From the NCBI GenBank assembly GCA_016926735.1, contig JAFGOA010000223.1, positions 1 through 64,000 of the forward strand: DNA of 64,000 nucleotides. Reading direction: 5' to 3'. The first letter of the stretch is position 1. Each line of letters starts with the position of its first letter. This DNA is from Promethearchaeota archaeon. GTDB lineage: Archaea; Asgardarchaeota; Lokiarchaeia; Sigyniarchaeales; SOKP01. The notes under the pieces are model-generated. The model searched no databases and had not been told where the DNA came from. It saw only the letters and a program-made list of their open reading frames with translations. Positions 22,705 through 33,419 of the stretch are shown here, one piece after another. The position numbers and the translations under genes are program-made.

Positions 22705-24906
22705 TTATTTATTCTTCTCAATTAGAAAGATACGATCGATTAATTGATTAATTATAGAAATAACATCTTCTGAGAATTCCTTTTGGTTTTTAATTTCATC
22801 TAAAATTTTTTTAAAATTATTAGTTGAGATCGATAAGAAATCCGTAAAGCTGTTTAATTTTGAAATTGCTGAATAAGATTGACCTTTAAATACATAACCA
22901 AATAAAAGTTCCCCTTTTGATTGAAGGATGATTAAATGTTCTCCATGTTTAATTCTGTCTATTGAACCTGAGGAAGAAAAAGCTTCTTTACCAAATAAAT
23001 TAATTGCCGAAATAAATCCTGCTATAAGTCCACTATCGTCCAAATTTCCATTTTGAAATGATTTACTATATAGACATTCTCCATTATCCGCTTTAATTAT
23101 TAAAAGATAAACAGGCATATCTAATTCATCTATATAATCGTTAATATTTGATCTAACCATCTTTGAAAATAAAAATTCATGACTGACATTTTCAAATCTC
23201 TCTTGTAGAGGTATATTTTGTTTTATCTTTTTTTCCCACTCATCTAAATGGGTGAGTAAAGAATCATGTTCATTTGAGATTTTACTTGCTAAAGCCCATA
23301 AACCATATTTAATTGCTGTATCTTGAGCTTTCGTAAGCATTGAACGAGTTGTATCAATGTCTAAATGAAGTAATGAGATTTTTGCCTTAAAAAAATAAGT
23401 CTCTGCTAAAACATCATAAAGATATTGAGATTTTGCAATTTCAAGCAGTTTGTCTGATAATTGTTCTATTTCTTGAAGAATTCTTTTATCCCCTGTTAAT
23501 TCTAGTTCACTTATTAGTACATCACACAGATTAGTCATTGCTTCAATTGTAATTTCATGATCAATAATTTCTTCTTCAGCAATACCTTTAAAGACAGTCC
23601 CTGCTTCCATTTTATCCATTAAACGATCACTTGACTTTAGAATAATAGCTTTATTCAGACGATATAATTGTGTAATCTGTTTTAAATCGGGATATTCTTT
23701 ACTAATTTCATGTAATTCTTTTAGGTAATGATCTAAATTTTCAATTTCGTTATTATTAACTGATAAATCAATAAGGTAATGATAGATTTTAGCTAATGAT
23801 ACTTTAAAATTCAGAAAATAAAAAATATGTACTTTTATTCCTTTGAGTAAATCCAAAGCTTCTAATAAATATCTCTTTGCTGTATTAAAGTCGCCTAGTT
23901 CTCCATAAATCTTTCCAATAGATGTTAAATAAGCAGGTTTTGATCTAAGATCTTCTTGTACTTCTGGAATTTTTAAAATCTTATTATAATATTCTAAACT
24001 TCTTTTAAGTTCACCTTTTTGATTATAGACATTACCTATACTAAAATAAGATTGGGCAATAAGATTCATATATCCTGTTTCTAATCTGTAATTCAAACTC
24101 TTTTTAAAATATTGTAATGCTTTATCTAATTGTCCTTTTTCAAAAAGACTATGACCAATTATATCATAACACAATGTAGAAGAATGTTTATAATCATTTG
24201 GCTCACATATTGCGAGACATTCCTCTGCATAGGAGATTGCATCCTCTAAATTCCTTAGATGATATTCAATACCTCCAAGATTAATAAGATTCCATATAAC
24301 TCCTGTTTCTACATTAAGTTCTTTTGCAATAATTAAACTTTCTTTTGAATATTTCCTTGCGGCTTTAAAATTTCCAATACTACCATTTGAAACACCTAGA
24401 TTAAGCAATGAAAAAATTAAACCAAATTTATCGTTAGTTTCTTCTCTTAATTTAACACTATCTTTAAAATGTTCAATTGCAATATAGAACTCAAATTTTT
24501 CTGCAAAGACTCTTCCCTTTAGAAAGTGAAAATATGCTTTTTTTTGTTTTATAATATCAATATTTTGATCTTGAATTTTATCCAATAAAAGCTCTCCACT
24601 TTCTATTAATCTTAATGTTTCCTCAAATAAGCCTAAACATACACTGTTTTCTGCTTTTCCTATAATAGCATTAATCTCCCATAAATATTGGTGTTTTGCC
24701 CTACACTCTTTTATCATTGATTTAGCTAGTTCAAGACCCTTATGAAATTCTCCTTTATCTAAGCAAATAAAAATTTCCAAATATTGAAAATAGAGTGTTT
24801 CTTCTTCATCTAAAGATCTCTCTTTTTTATATGAATTAAGTAATTTTAATGCTTCTTGGTATTCTCCATGGGAAATATATTTATCAATAATATTATTATT
24901 CGACAT
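22705..24906 (-). CDS. TPR-repeat protein with longin-like C-terminus (paralogue 6)
   Basis: Same architecture and motifs. Confidence 0.8.
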   Translation of the reverse strand: MSNNNIIDKYISHGEYQEALKLLNSYKKERSLDEEETLYFQYLEIFICLDKGEFHKGLELAKSMIKECRAKHQYLWEINAIIGKAENSVCLGLFEETLRLIESGELLLDKIQDQNIDIIKQKKAYFHFLKGRVFAEKFEFYIAIEHFKDSVKLREETNDKFGLIFSLLNLGVSNGSIGNFKAARKYSKESLIIAKELNVETGVIWNLINLGGIEYHLRNLEDAISYAEECLAICEPNDYKHSSTLCYDIIGHSLFEKGQLDKALQYFKKSLNYRLETGYMNLIAQSYFSIGNVYNQKGELKRSLEYYNKILKIPEVQEDLRSKPAYLTSIGKIYGELGDFNTAKRYLLEALDLLKGIKVHIFYFLNFKVSLAKIYHYLIDLSVNNNEIENLDHYLKELHEISKEYPDLKQITQLYRLNKAIILKSSDRLMDKMEAGTVFKGIAEEEIIDHEITIEAMTNLCDVLISELELTGDKRILQEIEQLSDKLLEIAKSQYLYDVLAETYFFKAKISLLHLDIDTTRSMLTKAQDTAIKYGLWALASKISNEHDSLLTHLDEWEKKIKQNIPLQERFENVSHEFLFSKMVRSNINDYIDELDMPVYLLIIKADNGECLYSKSFQNGNLDDSGLIAGFISAINLFGKEAFSSSGSIDRIKHGEHLIILQSKGELLFGYVFKGQSYSAISKLNSFTDFLSISTNNFKKILDEIKNQKEFSEDVISIINQLIDRIFLIEKNK

Positions 24907-25080
24907 TATTTTTGGTTATTTTTCTTTATTTGATTGAATTTTATTATCAATAATAAATATTGATTGAAAGTAATTTTATTATTTTAATCAATAAATAAAG
25001 AATGTAGACCTAGTGATTAATCAACATTCATTATTCCAATAATCTTATATAAAATATAAAAAATTTTGGATATATTATTT

Positions 25081-25665
25081 TTAGGATTTTAAATTATAGT
25101 TTCTGAATAAATCATAATATAATAGGTATACAATTAAAAAGTGAATAATTACACAACAAAAAAAACCCAAATAGATGAGAATATAAGAATTTAAAAATCC
25201 TATAAAAAAGGAATAACCAATATACAATGCAAGTATTTTTAAATTCTTAAAATAAAAAAAGATATGAATATGATATAATGAAAAAATCAGGCTAGAAGTG
25301 GTCATCGCTATCAATAAATTCAAATTTATTATTAAAAATCCCAAAATATAAAATCTAAATATTAATTCTTCCATAATCATTGTCAAAAGAAAACTTATAG
25401 TTACTAATTTAATTGAATTACTCATAAATCCATTAATTATCTCATGCTTTTTCATTATTTCATAATCTCTTATAGTAAAAACATACCTCACAATTAAAAA
25501 TCCCAAAACTAATAAGAAAGTCAAAAGAATTCCAATAAAAAAAATTTGAAATGCTTGTATTTTATTAAAAAATAAGAATTTTATATTAAATCCAAAAAAT
25601 AATGGAATTAATAGAATTAAGATAATACCTAATTTTAAGAATAATCTTAGATTTACAGATTTCAT
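25081..25665 (-). CDS. CPBP (CAAX/Abi) family intramembrane glutamic protease
   Basis: MEELIFR, FSLYH and a later conserved His in a hydrophobic protein. Confidence 0.8.
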   Translation of the reverse strand: MKSVNLRLFLKLGIILILLIPLFFGFNIKFLFFNKIQAFQIFFIGILLTFLLVLGFLIVRYVFTIRDYEIMKKHEIINGFMSNSIKLVTISFLLTMIMEELIFRFYILGFLIINLNLLIAMTTSSLIFSLYHIHIFFYFKNLKILALYIGYSFFIGFLNSYILIYLGFFCCVIIHFLIVYLLYYDLFRNYNLKS

Positions 25666-25695
25666 TAATTTTAAAGATTCTCCCTTTAATTCTTA

Positions 25696-26667
25696 TCATA
25701 AATTAAAATATTTATTTGGAAGTCCTAAATCTTTCATATAAATCTTATATGATCCCAATCTTCCATTATAATTTCCTGAACTTATCTTTATTAATCCCTC
25801 CATATCAATAATAGATTCAATTATTTCTTTCATAGATTTTTTCATAGCATCCAAACTTAAAGCATTAAAAACTATTTCAGGAACGGATTTAACTTCCGGA
25901 GGTATTTTAGATACATCTTGTGCTAACCTACTTTTTAATGTAGGGCAATATTGATGATTTGTTGAAGGACCTATCTCTGGAAAATTTGTTTCAGGTTTAG
26001 ACCCTGCAGAACATACACCAAAAATTGAACTTACATCATCGATTTTCTCAATAACACTTACAGCTTTTCTCCCTATTTTAATACCTGCCTTAATAGAATC
26101 ACAAAATAACCATAAATTACCTCCCATAATACCTTCTCCATAAGAAACTTCCTGTTGTATCAAAAAATCATGCCCCATCATAATTGGTATAGATATAAAT
26201 TGTCTCTTATATTTTTTCATGATAATTTCATATCCATCACCACAATGACCAACATTATCCATCACATCAAATTTGGATTTTAAATTCTCGGGATATGCGT
26301 CAAAAACAGCTGTAGTTGGAACTACGAGAATACCTTGTCTTACTCTTCTCCCTAAATATTTGTATAATTTTGATTTTGCTATCTCATCTGTTCCAGTAAC
26401 CCATAATTGGGTTATTACACCTTTCCTTCCGTCAACTGTTTCTTTTTCTGATAACCATTTTACTATACCACCTTCAGCATGCCCAAATACTGTTGATGGT
26501 AAAGCTGTAAAATTACACATTGCTTTATTTAAAAATAAATCGTCTTCAGCAGTAATCATAATCTGAACAGTTAATCCCTTAAATGCTTCACAAAAAGTAT
26601 CATCTATCATATTCAACAATTTTATTATTAATTTTTTATTTATAAAAAAAATTATGACATCACTCAA
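25696..26667 (-). CDS. ftr: Formylmethanofuran:tetrahydromethanopterin formyltransferase (likely start near ATG 26610)
   Basis: IDDTFCEAF, RVRQGILVVPTTAVFDA, GDGYE, GIMGGN, SAGSK, STNHQYCPTL, ISSGNYNGRLG. Confidence 0.9.
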   Translation of the reverse strand: MSDVIIFFINKKLIIKLLNMIDDTFCEAFKGLTVQIMITAEDDLFLNKAMCNFTALPSTVFGHAEGGIVKWLSEKETVDGRKGVITQLWVTGTDEIAKSKLYKYLGRRVRQGILVVPTTAVFDAYPENLKSKFDVMDNVGHCGDGYEIIMKKYKRQFISIPIMMGHDFLIQQEVSYGEGIMGGNLWLFCDSIKAGIKIGRKAVSVIEKIDDVSSIFGVCSAGSKPETNFPEIGPSTNHQYCPTLKSRLAQDVSKIPPEVKSVPEIVFNALSLDAMKKSMKEIIESIIDMEGLIKISSGNYNGRLGSYKIYMKDLGLPNKYFNL

Positions 26668-26948
26668 TATTCTCTAAAAAAGAATTCATAAGGTCATAAT
26701 TTATAAAAATATATAGAAAATTTTTGAATAGTAAATAAAAATTTTTTTTTTTCCAATATTTTTCAAATAGTATTTAACTAAATATCAAAATATGGTAATA
26801 GTTAGAAAAGTACACCTCAAACCTTTTTATATAGAAGGAATTTTTTTAAATAGAAACGTGTTTAAGTTGAAATTAACAATAAAAGACCTATAAAATAATT
26901 TTAAATTATTTTATTTTGGTTTACAATACAGTAAAAAGGTGATTATAG

Positions 26949-27824
26949 ATGGAACAAGAAGAAATATCTAAACATGCTATTAAACAAACTATAAATATCA
27001 CAAGTCCTTTTGTTGCAGAATTATTAATTGAAGAGGATTTAAAAATTGATTTGCATGATCTTTTAGAAAGATTAAATACTAATGGTAGAATATTTTTCGG
27101 ATTTGAAAATAATGATGGGTTTACAATTGGAGTATATGGGTATAAAGTTGAACTAAAAGAAGGTGTTTTTCATCCAGGATATATAATAACTCCAATAATT
27201 AAACCTTTAGATATAGACGAATATGATTCTAATGATTTGTCTATTATAAATCATACAAAATTTTTATGGCCAGAAGTAAAAGAAATAATTAAAATCGCAA
27301 TTGGTAAGATAATAATATCTGATTTATTATTTAATTATCTTGATTATAAAATTCGGTTTAATCTATTTAGGGAAGTTCTTTTATCAATTACTGGTTTAAT
27401 ACCTTGTTTAGCAATTCATTGGAAAGGTTCTCAAAAATTAACAAATCCATATTTTGAAAAGATTATCTCTCCTTCAACAAAAAAGCAAAGATTAAATCTC
27501 TTAGATCTTGCAGTAAATGTTCGAATGTTTAAAAAAGAAAAAAATGGTGATATTATTATGGATACTGTCGGTTTATCTAATTTTGGATTGCCAGATTTAC
27601 AATGTCACTATAAGAACTTACCACCAAAGGATATTGCTCAAATTTTATACTCATCTGCAGAATATATTTATCTAAATGGTGATGTAATAAAGGATGGTGA
27701 TACAATTCAAGGTATATCTGAAAATGATCATTGGATATGTCAACATGAAATAGCAATAGTTAACCCTAATAGGATTGTATTAGATATTAATCCAGGAACA
27801 GAATTCTCAAGTAGAGAACGCTAA
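26949..27824 (+). CDS. DUF4261-like protein
   Basis: VNVRMF, MDTVGLSNFGLPDLQCHY, IKDGDTIQG, R.VLDINPG C-terminus. Confidence 0.7.
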   Translation: MEQEEISKHAIKQTINITSPFVAELLIEEDLKIDLHDLLERLNTNGRIFFGFENNDGFTIGVYGYKVELKEGVFHPGYIITPIIKPLDIDEYDSNDLSIINHTKFLWPEVKEIIKIAIGKIIISDLLFNYLDYKIRFNLFREVLLSITGLIPCLAIHWKGSQKLTNPYFEKIISPSTKKQRLNLLDLAVNVRMFKKEKNGDIIMDTVGLSNFGLPDLQCHYKNLPPKDIAQILYSSAEYIYLNGDVIKDGDTIQGISENDHWICQHEIAIVNPNRIVLDINPGTEFSSRER

Positions 27825-28223
27825 ATAAAAATTATCTTTTTTAGCAAAATTAAAGAACATAAAAAGATCTTAATATCAAATCTTATTAAATCAATTATTT
27901 ATTCTTAATTTGAGCTACATATGATCTTAAAACTATAGCTTGCTATAAGTAAACAATTTCTTATAGAATAGATCGACTTATTTATCATAGAAAATTATTC
28001 TATTATGATTGGAATGATAACTTATTATAAGTGGGATCATATGATATGAAAATGATTTTCTAGAAAATCAAATTTGATTTGTATTATAATAGATACTAAG
28101 AAGTTTAAAAAAAAGGAGTTTCTTATGGATTAATGAATTTCTATTAAAACACAATTCATCACCTTCATAAGTAAAGGTGTTTTCTTGAGTAATAATAATG
28201 ATAAAATAAAAGGAGAATAAAAT

Positions 28224-29153
28224 ATGCCCGTTGGATTATTTTTATTTGAAATAGATGAGTCATTTGGACCTAATCTCATAGCAGATTATTATTTAATAGA
28301 TATAAAATTAAGCTCGGATATTTTAGAAAAACTAAATGAAAAACACATAGAAAAGAAATTAAATGAAGCTATAATTAAAAAAGAAGATATTAAATATTAT
28401 TCCAGCAAGTTAAATACTAAAAATCTTGAAAAAGAAAACCTCTATTTAGGATGTATTTTACGGAATGATGAAAATCTACTATCATTTAAGAGTTTATTTG
28501 CAAATATTCAAAATCAAGTGATAGAACATTATAATCCAAAAGAAAAAAAAAAAATGCAGAATTTTTTAAAAGAGACAATTACTTCTATTTTAAACCTAAT
28601 TGAAAAGTTAAAAGAACCTAAGATTATAAAAGATACAATTAATGAAAAAACAAAAGTAATGCTTGATGAAGGAAAACTTCAAGAAGCAAAAGAATTAATC
28701 AATTTGGGTGAAGCTATTCCTAATGAATTATCTGAATTAGTAAAAGAAGCAGATAGATTATTTAATGAAGGAGAATATAAAAAATCAAAAAAAAAATTTT
28801 TAAAAGCTGCAGAACAAGCAGAATTAATCCAAGAAATTGAAATTGTATCTTTTTTAACAACAAAAGCACAAAATATTGGAAATTATCCAGATCTAATAAA
28901 AGAAAAAGAGAAAATCCATAAAGATATAAAAAAATTCATTATTGATAATGAAAATAAAGAATTTAGAGTTTATAAGTCATTAACACCGAACATAGAGAGA
29001 TTGATTGAAATTTCAAATTATTTTGAAGATCTTGAAAACTATGACTTTTTAATAAGCCTTTTAGAAAATATCGAAAATGCTATTACACTTTATGATAAAT
29101 TATTAGAAATCGATTATGATATTATTCAAAAAATAAATAAAATAAAAGAATAA
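28224..29153 (+). CDS. Hypothetical protein: N-terminal longin/uDENN-like region, helical C-terminus
   Basis: MPVGLFLFEIDESFGP start resembles the uDENN/longin N-terminal hairpin; SD AGGAG upstream; fold is inferred. Confidence 0.55.
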   Translation: MPVGLFLFEIDESFGPNLIADYYLIDIKLSSDILEKLNEKHIEKKLNEAIIKKEDIKYYSSKLNTKNLEKENLYLGCILRNDENLLSFKSLFANIQNQVIEHYNPKEKKKMQNFLKETITSILNLIEKLKEPKIIKDTINEKTKVMLDEGKLQEAKELINLGEAIPNELSELVKEADRLFNEGEYKKSKKKFLKAAEQAELIQEIEIVSFLTTKAQNIGNYPDLIKEKEKIHKDIKKFIIDNENKEFRVYKSLTPNIERLIEISNYFEDLENYDFLISLLENIENAITLYDKLLEIDYDIIQKINKIKE

Positions 29154-29180
29154 TAATAAAAAGATTAAAATATTGCTTTT

Positions 29181-30974
29181 TTATTCTTGAGGAGTATAGT
29201 CCCCTATATCAGGAAATACTATTTTTGCAATTTCCCATGCTTCTTTGGTTGGATATTTAAGGGCATTTGCAATATAATTCTCTCCTGATTCAACATTCAT
29301 TTCTATTTTTTTTATTTCGGGGTTATTTTCCAAAAGCATTTCATATTTTGTCCCACCGGTACCCTCAGGAACAATCAATATTCCCGCATCGATAACTTTA
29401 TCTGTTATTGCATCCTTTATCCTTTTTGCTGCATAATATCCCGCAACACCTGCACTTCTTTCAAATGATTTTATTGCAGGAATCTCTAATCCCCATTTTT
29501 TACCTCCAGTTTCAATTAAAGCAGCAATAGTTTGAGTTCTTTTTCCTTGTTTAAATTTATATTCCATTTGAGTTTTAAATTTCTTTTTATGATCATCTCC
29601 TATTTTAATAATGTATTTCAATGTGGCTCCTGCAACTGAAGCAGGATTTACATCAATCGCATATTCTTCTTCAGCTAAAATCTCGTCAATCGTTTTAGCA
29701 ATAGTTTCTCTTGGTTTGGAGAAATCAACTTGTTCATCAGCTGGTTCTGGAGGTTTAGCAGTTGCTACAATATCAACACCTGCTTTCATTAATTCTGTAA
29801 CACTCATTTCTTCCATAACTACTTTATCTATAAATCTTTTACAAAGTTTAATGGAATTACGTTGGTTACCATCCGTTTTATTATAAATCATCTCTAAAAG
29901 TTTTTCATTAAGAGGAAATAAAGGATAAAGAGGAGGACTAAGATTATTTTCGTCCCAAAACACTTCCATTGTTTTTGAATAATATATTTTTAGATCATTA
30001 AGACTAAATGGTTTTAATTCTTGTTCTGGTTCCATTCTTGATCTTAATGGAGGATCTGCAATTTCTAAAATACGAGGCCAGATTTCTTTTAAAACAGCAA
30101 TTATAATAACTAACCCTTTTACTTCATTATATAATCTTTTAAGAATCTCTAAGAATTTTCTTTCTGCTGTTTCTCCCAACATACGATATGGCGATTCTAA
30201 TTCATCAAAATATAATATTAATACACGATCTAAATTATCTGTGATTATTTTAATCATTGCAAGACAAATATCATCATCCTCTAATACTGAATTTATTCCA
30301 AGTTCAGCTAGTTCTTCAGGTTCCAAGTCTTCTCCCAATAACCAACGTTCAGCCAAAGCTTTTCTATTTTTATCTAATTGGTATGTTACTAATGCTTTAA
30401 CACAATCAGCAAATACACCTGGAAACTCTCTTAATCCTTTTTGAATTACTTCATCAAGATTAGCTTTTTGAAAAATGCCTCCTTTTTTTCCTCCCCATTT
30501 TTCTTTTACTAAATTTTCCGAAACAATATCAAGCATTTCAGGTCCAATTTCTTCAATTAAGCATGTATAAACATGAAGTAAGACTCGAATACTAGCTGGA
30601 GGGCTGGGTACATAAATAATTGACCAATCTACGGGTTCCAATTGATTTGCTTCAATCTCATCCGTTTCATCAGCTTCTTTTAATTTTTTTTTATTTTCCA
30701 ATTCTTTTTCTTTAAATGAATGGTAAGCATGAGTTTTTCCCGTTCCTGCTGATCCTAATATAGGTAATAAACGAGATGAACGATCCCTAAATGTCTGTCT
30801 GACAAGTCTGAATACTTCTCTATCAATATAGCTTCTTGGTCTTGCAACATCAACAGGATCTCGAATATCTCCTCTAGAAACATAACTACTAAATGGTATT
30901 ATAGGACTATCTCGTAAAACTTCGAGATACATTTCTTTCTCATCATCTGAAAGCTCTGAGTAAATATTACACAC
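29181..30974 (-). CDS. P-loop (AAA-like) ATPase of unknown function
   Basis: Walker A GSAGTGKT, Walker B LYFDELE, LRSR arginine-finger-like motif; start codon uncertain. Confidence 0.75.
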   Translation of the reverse strand: MCNIYSELSDDEKEMYLEVLRDSPIIPFSSYVSRGDIRDPVDVARPRSYIDREVFRLVRQTFRDRSSRLLPILGSAGTGKTHAYHSFKEKELENKKKLKEADETDEIEANQLEPVDWSIIYVPSPPASIRVLLHVYTCLIEEIGPEMLDIVSENLVKEKWGGKKGGIFQKANLDEVIQKGLREFPGVFADCVKALVTYQLDKNRKALAERWLLGEDLEPEELAELGINSVLEDDDICLAMIKIITDNLDRVLILYFDELESPYRMLGETAERKFLEILKRLYNEVKGLVIIIAVLKEIWPRILEIADPPLRSRMEPEQELKPFSLNDLKIYYSKTMEVFWDENNLSPPLYPLFPLNEKLLEMIYNKTDGNQRNSIKLCKRFIDKVVMEEMSVTELMKAGVDIVATAKPPEPADEQVDFSKPRETIAKTIDEILAEEEYAIDVNPASVAGATLKYIIKIGDDHKKKFKTQMEYKFKQGKRTQTIAALIETGGKKWGLEIPAIKSFERSAGVAGYYAAKRIKDAITDKVIDAGILIVPEGTGGTKYEMLLENNPEIKKIEMNVESGENYIANALKYPTKEAWEIAKIVFPDIGDYTPQE

Positions 30975-31192
30975 CTTTTTTTAATTTTTTAATATAGATC
31001 TTAAGTTATTTAGTTTATTAAATTTTTACATAGTTTTTTATCCTTATTTTTCCAAAATAAGATCTTAAAAAATGAGATGATATTTATAAACCTAAATAAT
31101 TTATTATAAATAGTAAACTCTATTAGCTTTCTGTTTCTTTATCATTATAGAGTTTTAATAAAACGAAATATAAAATATAGAGGTGTTTTAAA

Positions 31193-31831
31193 ATGCCTAA
31201 AGATGAAGATTATGAAGACGATGAAGATAAGGATGATAATGATGATGATTATCAAATGCCTTTTGATTTTATGAAATTTCTCCAAGACCCAAATAAAATG
31301 TTCCAATCAAAAGAATTTCAACATATGTTTAAAAAAGTATATGAAAAATTAATGGAAAATCTCCCTCCTGAATTTAAAAATATTTCTCCAGAAAATTTTC
31401 AAAAAGAATTTATGAAAAATAAAGGTAAGTTTAAGCGTGGACCTTTTATGTATGGATTCAATGTTAATTTTGATGCTGAGGGTAAACCAACTTTTGATTC
31501 TTTTGGAAATATAAAACCTGAAGTTCATGGACGTCCTAAAGTAGAAGATGTAAGAGAACCTCTTATTGAAATTACAGAAGAAGATGATATGATAATCGTT
31601 ATTGCAGAAATGCCAGGTGTCTTAAAAGAAGATATTGAATTAAAATCAAAAACGAAGAGCTTGACAATCTCAACAAAAAATCAGAATGTTACTGGTCATA
31701 GCTACTATAAGGAAATAGATTTACCATCATCTATCAATACCGATTATGCAAAAGCAAGATATCAAAATGGTATTTTAGAGATAAAATTAAAAAAAATAGA
31801 TGAAAAACATACAAATATTAAAATTGAATAA
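31193..31831 (+). CDS. hsp20: Archaeal small heat shock protein Hsp20
   Basis: GPFMYGF, REPLIEI, AEMPGV.KEDI, ARYQNGILEI. Confidence 0.92.
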   Translation: MPKDEDYEDDEDKDDNDDDYQMPFDFMKFLQDPNKMFQSKEFQHMFKKVYEKLMENLPPEFKNISPENFQKEFMKNKGKFKRGPFMYGFNVNFDAEGKPTFDSFGNIKPEVHGRPKVEDVREPLIEITEEDDMIIVIAEMPGVLKEDIELKSKTKSLTISTKNQNVTGHSYYKEIDLPSSINTDYAKARYQNGILEIKLKKIDEKHTNIKIE

Positions 31832-31849
31832 CTGAATTACTTATTACTT

Positions 31850-32272
31850 TTACCTATATAAATCTTTACTGCGATCCTCAGTAGATTTTTGGTTTTTCTC
31901 AATATTTTCTAATATTTTTGCTCCCTGATCCGATTTTCTTAAGACTATTTTAGCTAGTGCATTTTGACGTTCTCTTATCTCAGCTAAAGAGTTAGCTATA
32001 TGATTCATTACTTGAAATTGGAGATCACACATTAAAATTTTCTCTTCTTCTCCACATTCATCACAGTGTTCAGAACAATTCCTCCAATCTTCAAAAAGAA
32101 AGTCAATATTAACATCATGAGGATTAATCATACTCTTCTCACATTCCTCACAATTTTTTTCTGCTCGGATATTTAAATCTTCTATAATCTTATAGAGTGA
32201 TTTTACATAACTCCATTTGCTTGATTCTTTTAAAGTTTCAAATTCTTTTTCGGTTAAAAATTTTTGACTCAT
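31850..32272 (-). CDS. Hypothetical protein with Cys clusters
   Basis: 140-aa ORF, CEEC and CSEHCDEC motifs, SD-like GAGGG upstream. Confidence 0.65.
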   Translation of the reverse strand: MSQKFLTEKEFETLKESSKWSYVKSLYKIIEDLNIRAEKNCEECEKSMINPHDVNIDFLFEDWRNCSEHCDECGEEEKILMCDLQFQVMNHIANSLAEIRERQNALAKIVLRKSDQGAKILENIEKNQKSTEDRSKDLYR

Positions 32273-32442
32273 TTTTTACTACCCTCTAAATTAAAAAATT
32301 GATTTATATCAGTTAAAATATATTTCCTTATTTAAATATGACTTTTATAAGTGAATATTATTTTAAAATCTATCTTAATTAAATAGTTGTGAACGATTTA
32401 GATAGATTCCATAAGAATAGTAGATTAGATATTCATTCATAA

Positions 32443-32580
32443 TTAACTTTGGGTTAATGCTAATAACTCTATAAACAGAATTTGATTTATAATAAGTCTA
32501 TCCTGTTCTGTTATTTGGTCATTTGAGATAAGAATATCATTAATATAAATATCCTCTCTAGATTGATGTTCCTTTACCAT
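32443..32580 (-). CDS. Possible 45-aa small protein (MVKEHQSREDIYINDIL...)
   Basis: Open frame below the ORF-track cutoff, co-oriented with its neighbours; no homology recognised. Confidence 0.25.
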   Translation of the reverse strand: MVKEHQSREDIYINDILISNDQITEQDRLIINQILFIELLALTQS

Positions 32581-32794
32581 TTCTAACAAAGTAAGCTTTC
32601 ACTCTTTTTGAATTCTATATTTAATAATATTAGGGTGCTTTTTAAGATTTTCATTTTTATAACTCGATAAAAATGAAAATAATTTATAAGCAAAATTTTT
32701 TTCTTTGAAAGATCTTTATTTTTTTTATATATAAAAATTAATATTAACAGAGTAAGACCTAACAAAATTTTACAGATTTCTTCTATCTAAATTG

Positions 32795-33232
32795 CTAAAA
32801 AAGGTCTAATAATTCTTTTATCTTTTCATTTTCACTACTTTCCAGAAGTTTTTTTGAAAGTATTTTTTTATTTTCAAAATATAATTCTAGTCTTTCTGAC
32901 ATTGTTAAATTTGGATATAGGGTTTCTAATACGATATCTCTCTTTGAACATCCTCTACGCCTCATACAGCAATATGAAAGAGAACCAAAACATACTAAAT
33001 CTGAATTCCAATTATTTTGATTGGAAAATTCTTCCTTTATCATTATATATTTCTCTATTGATAAACAAATTTCCGCTAATCGTTCATCTCTTTTACATTT
33101 ATCTCCAGATGATAGGTAATAGCCTGGTTTACAACAAAATGTTAGCGCTCTATAATCTCCTCCGATACAAATAGGAACTGGTGCATCTTTTCCCCATCCC
33201 GGGATCTCTCTTACTTTTTTATTTATAATCAT
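32795..33232 (-). CDS. Methanogenesis marker 9 domain protein
   Basis: W.DAPVPICIGGDYRALTFCCKP, CFGSLSYCC, C..RD. Confidence 0.85.
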   Translation of the reverse strand: MIINKKVREIPGWGKDAPVPICIGGDYRALTFCCKPGYYLSSGDKCKRDERLAEICLSIEKYIMIKEEFSNQNNWNSDLVCFGSLSYCCMRRRGCSKRDIVLETLYPNLTMSERLELYFENKKILSKKLLESSENEKIKELLDLF

Positions 33233-33330
33233 TTTTTGAAAGTTTAAGATTTTTTTTTAGGTATTTTATTCTAATTTGATATAATTTAAAGAGGGAAAAA
33301 TAGGACCCGGAGCGGGAATTGAACCCGCGT

Positions 33331-33359
33331 TTCCTCAGCATAAGAATAATCTTAAACTT
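33331..33359 (-). other. tRNA-His intron 2 (variable loop, position 45/46), 29 nt
   Basis: Central CCTT/GAGG, bulges AGA and AAA, inner stem AGTTTAAGA/TCTTATGCT; gives variable loop AGAC. Confidence 0.85.
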
Positions 33360-33389
33360 CTAAGGATTCACAGTCCCCAATACTAACCA

Positions 33390-33419
33390 TTATACAAATT
33401 ACAGTAGAACTGGAATTTT
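33390..33419 (-). other. tRNA-His intron 1 (D-loop, about position 15/16), 30 nt
   Basis: Central GTAT/GTAT, bulges AGA and AAT, inner stem AAATTCCAGT/ACTGTAATTT; gives D-loop AGTGGTTA (a 28-nt register, 33391..33418, is also possible). Confidence 0.8.

Noticed and set aside
25696-33232. Methanogenesis inferred from ftr and marker 9
   Set aside because: Both occur in non-methanogenic archaea with the H4MPT Wood-Ljungdahl pathway; no mcr or mtr genes are in the window.
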